Assembly: GCA_040285825.1 (NCBI GenBank)
Contig: JAUPSS010000003.1
Location: 3,658,001-3,722,000, forward strand
Origin: Eukaryota sp. TZLM1-RC
Taxonomy: Eukaryota; Protista; Metamonada: BaSk clade
DNA: 64,000 nt
Reading direction: 5' to 3'
Shown: in pieces, positions 57,880 to 64,000 of the stretch
Layout of the letters: every line of letters starts with the position of its first letter
Numbering within the stretch: position 1 is the first letter of the stretch
Program-made: the position numbers and the translations under genes
The notes under the pieces: model-generated
Told to the model about the DNA's origin: nothing
Databases searched by the model: none
Seen by the model: the letters and a program-made list of their open reading frames with translations, nothing else

Positions 57880-58222
57880 CGACCAGATTTCAAGTAAAAT
57901 CACCCTCTGGACTTAAGCATATCAATAAGGGAAGGAAAAAAACTTTGATTTCCTTAGTAGCGGCGAGCAAACAGGAAAAAGCTGAAGACTGAATCTTTAT
58001 GATTTTGAAATTGTGAAGAGTTTTAGTCTATGGAAACCAGTATTCGGTTCTCGATGTATAAGTCCTTTGGAAAAGGGTATCAAGGAAGGTGAAAATCCTG
58101 TAAATGACATCGAAGTAATTGATTCACTACCGATTTTCCGAGAGTTGCGCTGTTTGGAAACGCAGCGTTGAATGTGGGGTCAGTTTCCCATAAAGCTAAA
58201 TATAAAAGGAGACCGATAGTTC

Positions 58223-58253
<31 letters not shown>

Positions 58254-58770
58254 TCTAAAGAGAGAGTTAAAAATACCTGAAATCATTGAAAGGATAGGCG
58301 ATTGGAACTTGATATTGATAGCTTCGGCTGTCTTGCGTTTGAGTGATTTTAAAAAATGAGTGATTGTGGGGAAGGTAGCTATAATGAACTTCGGTTTATT
58401 GTAGTGTTATAGCATCATAAATTGTTCTTCTTTTGGAATCAGAAATACGGTTTTACCGAAACTCCAACATAAAAGGTTCAATTGTCTCGTCTTGAAACAC
58501 GGATCAAGGAGTGTATCTTTTCTGCAAGTCGTAGGGTGTAAAAACCTGAAGGCGAAATGAAAGTAATTTTATGAGGGAAAGTTTCGACTGCACCCTCAAC
58601 CAGTCCTTGCAAAGGGATCTGGATATGAGCAGAATGGATACGACCCGAAAGCCGCTGAACTATGCCTGAATAGGATGAAGCCAGTGAAACTCTGGTGAAA
58701 AGTCCGTCTGTTGACGTGCAAAGCATTTGTCAAATTTGGGTATAGGGGCAAAAGACTCATCGAAGCGGCT
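57880..58770 (+). rRNA. 28S rRNA 5' fragment, truncated (pseudogene)
   Basis: acttaagcatatcaataag, gagaccgatag..caagtaccgtgagggaaag, cgtcttgaaacacgga, gacccgaaa, gtataggggc..aagactcatcgaa, then an abrupt end. Confidence 0.93.
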
Positions 58771-59430
58771 TTTATTGAAATTCAAAAGAAATAAAGAAAA
58801 CATAACTGAAAAAACTAAAACAAAAACCTACTAAAACCTACGAGCATCTCCAATTCTCTCAAGAATAGAATTAAATGCTTGATTGCATCTGAAACTGTTC
58901 TTTTGGATGATGCAGCTCAATTCACTACATAAATCAATCCAACCAAAACGTTCAAAAGTTTCTTTGGTTTTTTTGTACCATCCCCCATGGACATTGAAAA
59001 CCAAAGGAACTATTTCTGAAATTAAATTGTATTCTTTGAGAATACTGTGCTTCCTAAGTTTTGTAGCAAATGCCTGGGAGTAAGCATCTTGCCACTGATT
59101 TCCAAAACCTCCCACTATGGTAATATCGAAAGCAATCTTTGATTTGGGATCAAATAAATCAAGATAGAATTTTTTAAACCAATTTCAAATTCTTTTTCTT
59201 TTTCATAATTTGAAACTTCTAATAAAAAGTCTCTTACCTCATCGTGTCTACTTTTAATACAACGCGGGACACCCTTACATTGAAAACCGTGATCCATGCC
59301 AAGATTTCCATAATGACATCTAGGGCACTGATGGTGAACTTTAACTGAAAGCAATCTTAAACTTAAAAAATGTAGCATACAATCATTTGAAAAAGTAAAA
59401 TTTGAATTAGAAGGAAAAACAAACTTCTTG
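58771..59430 (-). mobile_element. 3' RLE fragment of another non-LTR family, antisense, abutting 28S
   Basis: CPRC...HGFQC...SRHDEVRD, KLRKH, PLVFNVHGG; terminus ttcaataaa. Confidence 0.78.
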
Positions 59431-60452
59431 TTTTTTTAACAGAATTTCTACTGAAGCAAGGGACTATTTGAAGCCTTTCCAATTTGGTATAAAAACTGTT
59501 GAAGGTGCTTCTGTTGCTTCAATGACTTCAGATGTTTTTTTCAATAGTCAACAACATCAATATATTTTCAATTTGGATTTCAAAAATGCTTTCAATTCTG
59601 TGAAACGTAATTGTATTTTTGATGTGATTCTTCATAATTTTCCTGAACTTTCTGCATATTTTTATTTATTTTATGGAAAAAAATCAGACATAATTTTTGA
59701 CTCCTTTTCCCTTGAATCTTCTTCTGGTGTGAAACAAGGTGATCCTCTTGGCCCTTTGCTGTTTTGTTTGGCTATTCATAATATTATTAAAATGACACAA
59801 CAAGATTTCCCTGATTTGCGTATTGTTGCCTATATGGATGACATTTCTATTATTGGTTCTTTTGAAAGCATTTCCAGGGTTTCTGAAGACATTGCAGCGA
59901 AATACAAAGAAATTGGTTTAGCTTTGAACCCATCTAAATGTCTCTTGATTGGTAGAGAAAATCAATCTTTGATGATTGGTGGAGCTCATATTCCTTTTAT
60001 CAATTATGACCAACAAGCTTTTAAGTTTCTTGGATGTTGGCTTGGCAATTTGGATGAAATTTATTCCCAGTTAAACAATTTATTGGAGAAGTTTGACAAG
60101 GATCTTAGTTTTATTGCTGAATGTGACATTGAGAAACACATCAAATTTTTTATTTTAAAAATTTGTTATTCTGGAAAATTCACTCATATTTTAAGGTCAA
60201 CTCCCCCATCCGTATCTCTCAATTTTTGCAGATCTTTTAACAAACTTCGAGTCAAATTTGTTTCTTCTTTATTAGAAGTAAATGAATCTTTAATTCGAAG
60301 TCATGTATTTTGTTCAGCAGATTTGGGTGGCATTGGATTCACCAAATCTTCGATTCTGTGTAAAGCAGCATTTTTGGGAGGTGGTAAAAATTTTGTTTTT
60401 GAATGTTTCCAAAGGTTCCCTTTTGATGTTCATCTGATCAATGGTGAATCAA
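59430..60452 (+). mobile_element. CRE-like RT fragment (open 345-aa frame)
   Basis: QFGI, LDFKNAFNS, GVKQGDPLGP, AYMDD, GGIGF, GGGKNFVFE. Confidence 0.92.
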
Positions 60453-61440
60453 ATTTTAAAATAAGATTAGGATTTATTCCAAGAATGCAAACAAGATTAC
60501 TATAAACAACAACAATGCAAAGCAATATTCTAGATAAGTGATCACTGACAAAATGAAGGTAGATTCTCACTATTTACGGGTTCATGAGCACGTACATTGT
60601 GAAACTCAGTGATACTTAAAAGTATTGAGTTAAAATAACGCGGTAGAGCCTTAAAGAGTGAGAAAACAATTCTGTTCTTCCAAATAAGTTGATCAAAAGA
60701 ACGTCCTGAGTCTTTTAAGAAACTGCCTAAATCATTTAAGAAAGATAGTCCTTCCCTGCCTGAAGTACCAAAAATAGAAATTCCAATTGGAACAAAAACG
60801 ATGTTTCTGCCACGTTGTTTGTTCAAACGTACAAGTAAATCATTATACTTCGAGTGCTTGCTCCTTTCCGCATTCTTGAGGGTTGATTCAATGTCGGAAG
60901 ACGAAGACAACTTCCAAGGAGAAACAGTTGTACAATCATTAATTAATTCCTGGCCGCTACGCCAAGCACATTGAATATCACCTCTTTTTTGACTTTGAGC
61001 AAGCTGCATTTCATCAAAAACTGGTTCCAGTCGTACTGGATGATGGGCACTCTTCAACAAATCATAAATGCAATCGCGAACGGCATTGTGAATAATCGAC
61101 CTCTTCTGAGTGAACTTCCTACAAGATAAGACATGAGTATAGGAAGCAACTGCTCCACATTTACAACGAATATTTGTTAAACATTGAGGGGGAGGTAAGT
61201 TCAAACGTAGTCTCATAATTGTTAAAAACTGGGAATCGGAAAGCAACAGACCAAAACGGCGAGGTACTTGGGTTATTAGGCAAGATGCACTGTTGATAAA
61301 AGAACCCTTATCGCAAAGAGAGGATAGAAATGTTGCAAAGGAAGAATCACCTGAATTGTTAGCCAAGCTAATTTGTTCTTCTAGTGATTCAGCTTCGAGA
61401 GCATTAATCAACTTCTTTTGCAGTTTAGGGACAGTTCTCA
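60453..61440 (-). mobile_element. Antisense CCHC-RLE 3' part of a CRE-like element (open 289-aa ORF, 60542-61411)
   Basis: CKC..HVLSC, IHNAVRD, RGDI..DCT, AERSKHSKY, FVPIGISIFG. Confidence 0.88.
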
Positions 61441-64000
61441 GGTGAATTGCATGTAGTCCTTATGTACTAGATGTGATCAACTTGTGATCAAACTTTGTGT
61501 GAAATTGTGTGTGAGTAATGTTGGACATGTGTTACCTGATCAGTACAAACTCATGATTACATTTTCAATTGATTTTGTATATATTTGAATTAATTGAGTT
61601 TATTAATTTTTAAACATTAAATTGTAAAAATAGTAAAAAATCAAAAAGTATACAATTGAATGTTGCAAACTAATAAAACCATTGCTGTAAGTGTAAGAGT
61701 ATCGTTTTTGATACGATTTACTGAGGCTCATATGAAGTTCCTAGTTTCGTATATTGACCAATGGTTGTTTATTACAATCATTGGTCAAATCTTTAAAGTC
61801 CATTTTGGGACAATTAATATAACAATTGTGGTGTTAAAGTCCGTGCTATGGTCATTTGAGTAGTCATTGGTATGATTGGTTGAATGGTCATTGGTGTGAT
61901 TAGGTGAGTTGCATGTAGTCCTTATGTACTAGATGTGATCAACTTGTGATCAAACTTTGTGTGAAATTGTGTGTGAGTAATGTTGGCTATGTGTTACTTG
62001 ATCAGTACAAACTCATGATTACATTTTCAATTGATTTTGTATATATTTGAATTAATTGAGTTTATTAATTTTTAAACATTAAATTGTAAAAATAGTAAAA
62101 ATCAAAAGTATACAATTGAATGTTGCAAACTAATAAAACCATTGCTGTAAGTGTAAGAGTATCGTTTTTGATACGATTTACTGAGGCTCATATGAAGTTC
62201 CTAGTTTCGTATATTGACCAATGGTTGTTTTTTACAATCATTGGTCAAATCTTTAAAGTCCATTTTGGGACAATTATTATAACAATTGTGGTGTTAAAGT
62301 CCGTGCTATGGTCATTTGAGTAGTCATTGGTATGATTGGTTGAATGGTCATTGGTATGATTAGGTGAATTGCATGTAGTCCTTATGTACTAGATGTGATC
62401 AACTTGTGATCAAACTTTGTGTGAAACTGTGTGTGAGTAATGTTGGCTATGTGTTACTTGATCAGTACAAACTCATGATTACATTTTCAATTGATTTTGT
62501 ATATATTTGAATTCATTGAGTTTATTAATTTTTTTAAACATTAAATTGTAAAAATAGTAAAAATCAAAAGTATACAATTGAATGTTGCAAACTAATAAAA
62601 CCATTGCTGTAAGTGTAAGAGTATCGTTTTTGATACGATTTACTGAGGCTCATATGAAGTTCCTAGTTTCGTATATTGACCAATGGTTGTTTATTACAAT
62701 CATTGGTCAAATCTTTAAAGTCCATTTTGGGACAATTATTTTAACAATTGTGGTGTTAAAGTTCGTGCTATGGTCATTTGGGTAGTCATTGGTATGATTG
62801 GTTGAATGGTCATTGGTGTGATTAGGTGAGTTGCATGATGTAGTCCTTATGTACTAGATGTGATCAAATTGTGATCAAAGTTTGTGTGAAATTGTGTGTG
62901 AGTAATGTTGGCTATGTGTTACTTGATCAGTACAAACTCATGATTACATTTTCAATTGATTTTGTATATATTTGAATTAATTGAGTTTATTAATTTTTAA
63001 ACATTAAATTGTAAAAATAGTAAAAAATCAAAAAGTATACAATTGAATGTTGCAAACTAATAAAACCATTGCTGTAAGTGTAAGAGTATCGTTTTTGATA
63101 CGATTTACTGAGGCTCATATGAAGTTCCTAGTTTCGTATATTGACCAATGGTTGTTTATTACAATCATTGGTCAAATCTTTAAAGTCCATTTTGGGACAC
63201 TTATTATAACAATTGTGGTGTTAAAGTCCGTGCTATGGTCATTTGAGTAGTCATTGGTATGATTGGTTGAATGGTCATTGGTATGATTAGGTGAATTGCA
63301 TGTAGTCCTTATGTACTAGATGTGATCAACTTGTGATCAAACTTTGTGTGAAATTGTGTGTGAGTAATGTTGGCTATGTGTTACTTGATCAGTACAAAGT
63401 CATGATTACATTTTCAATTGATTTTGTATATATTTGAATTAATTGAGTTTATTAATTTTTAAACATTAAATTGTAAAATAGTAAAAATCAAAAAAAGTAT
63501 ACAATTGAATGTTGTAAACTAATAAAACCATTGCTGTAAGTGTAAGAGTATCGTTTTTGATACGATTTACTGAGGCTCATATGAAGTTCCTAGTTTCGTA
63601 TATTGACCAATGGTTGTTTATTACAATCATTGGTCAAATCTTTAAAGTCCATTTTGGGACAATTAATATAACAATTGTGGTGTTAAAGTCCGTGCTATGG
63701 TCATTTGAGTAGTCATTGGTATGATTGGTTGAATGGTCATTGGTGTGATTAGGTGAGTTGCATGTAGTCCTTATGTACTAGATGTGATCAACTTGTGATC
63801 AAACTTTGTGTGAAATTGTGTGTGAGTAATGTTGGCTATGTGTTACTTTATCAGTACAAACTCATGATTACATTTTCAATTGATTTTGTATATATTTGAA
63901 TTAATTGAGTTTATTAATTTTTAAACATTAAATTGTAAAAATAGTAAAAAATCAAAAAGTATACAATTGAATGTTGCAAACTAATAAAACCATTGCTGTA
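61441..64000. repeat. Tandem satellite, 460-465 bp unit, at least 5.5 copies, running off the window end
   Basis: Unit starts (ggtga[a/g]ttgcatg) at 61441, 61903, 62363, 62825, 63290 and 63752. Confidence 0.98.

Noticed and set aside
61660-63250. Repeated 67-aa ORFs, or a CRISPR-like array
   Set aside because: They are a by-product of the satellite unit; there are no unique spacers and no recognisable domain.

Overview
AT-rich, gene-compact eukaryotic DNA. It probably comes from a flagellated, low-oxygen protist; this is inferred from an axonemal-type dynein, an HCP-like gene, 27-32 nt introns and eukaryotic rDNA. About 13 host genes are present: an LRR protein, a SET2/NSD-like methyltransferase, HMG-CoA synthase, calcineurin B-like, V-ATPase c, a motor-less dynein heavy chain, HCP-like, LSm, PWWP, two HAP2/GCS1-like giant membrane proteins, CCDC25 and TMC. 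They are separated by mosaics of decayed mobile elements: two Ty3/Gypsy elements, many CRE-like RT-RLE non-LTR retrotransposons, several Fanzor1 pseudogenes and a MULE fragment. The window ends in an rDNA pseudogene, retroelement fragments and a ~462 bp satellite. Main leads: (1) a duplicated, divergent HAP2/GCS1-like fusexin with extra Ig-like repeats, different C-termini and a variable block at the predicted domain II tip; (2) tiny introns with a fused TCTTAC-NN-TA(G/T) branch/acceptor motif, including a GC-AG intron and an apparent GT-AT intron; (3) an HCP homologue that keeps the cubane cysteines but has lost nearly all hybrid-cluster ligands; (4) antisense RLE-only retro-insertions at nearly the same site in two CRE elements. 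All family assignments are by-eye motif recognition; no database searches were run.
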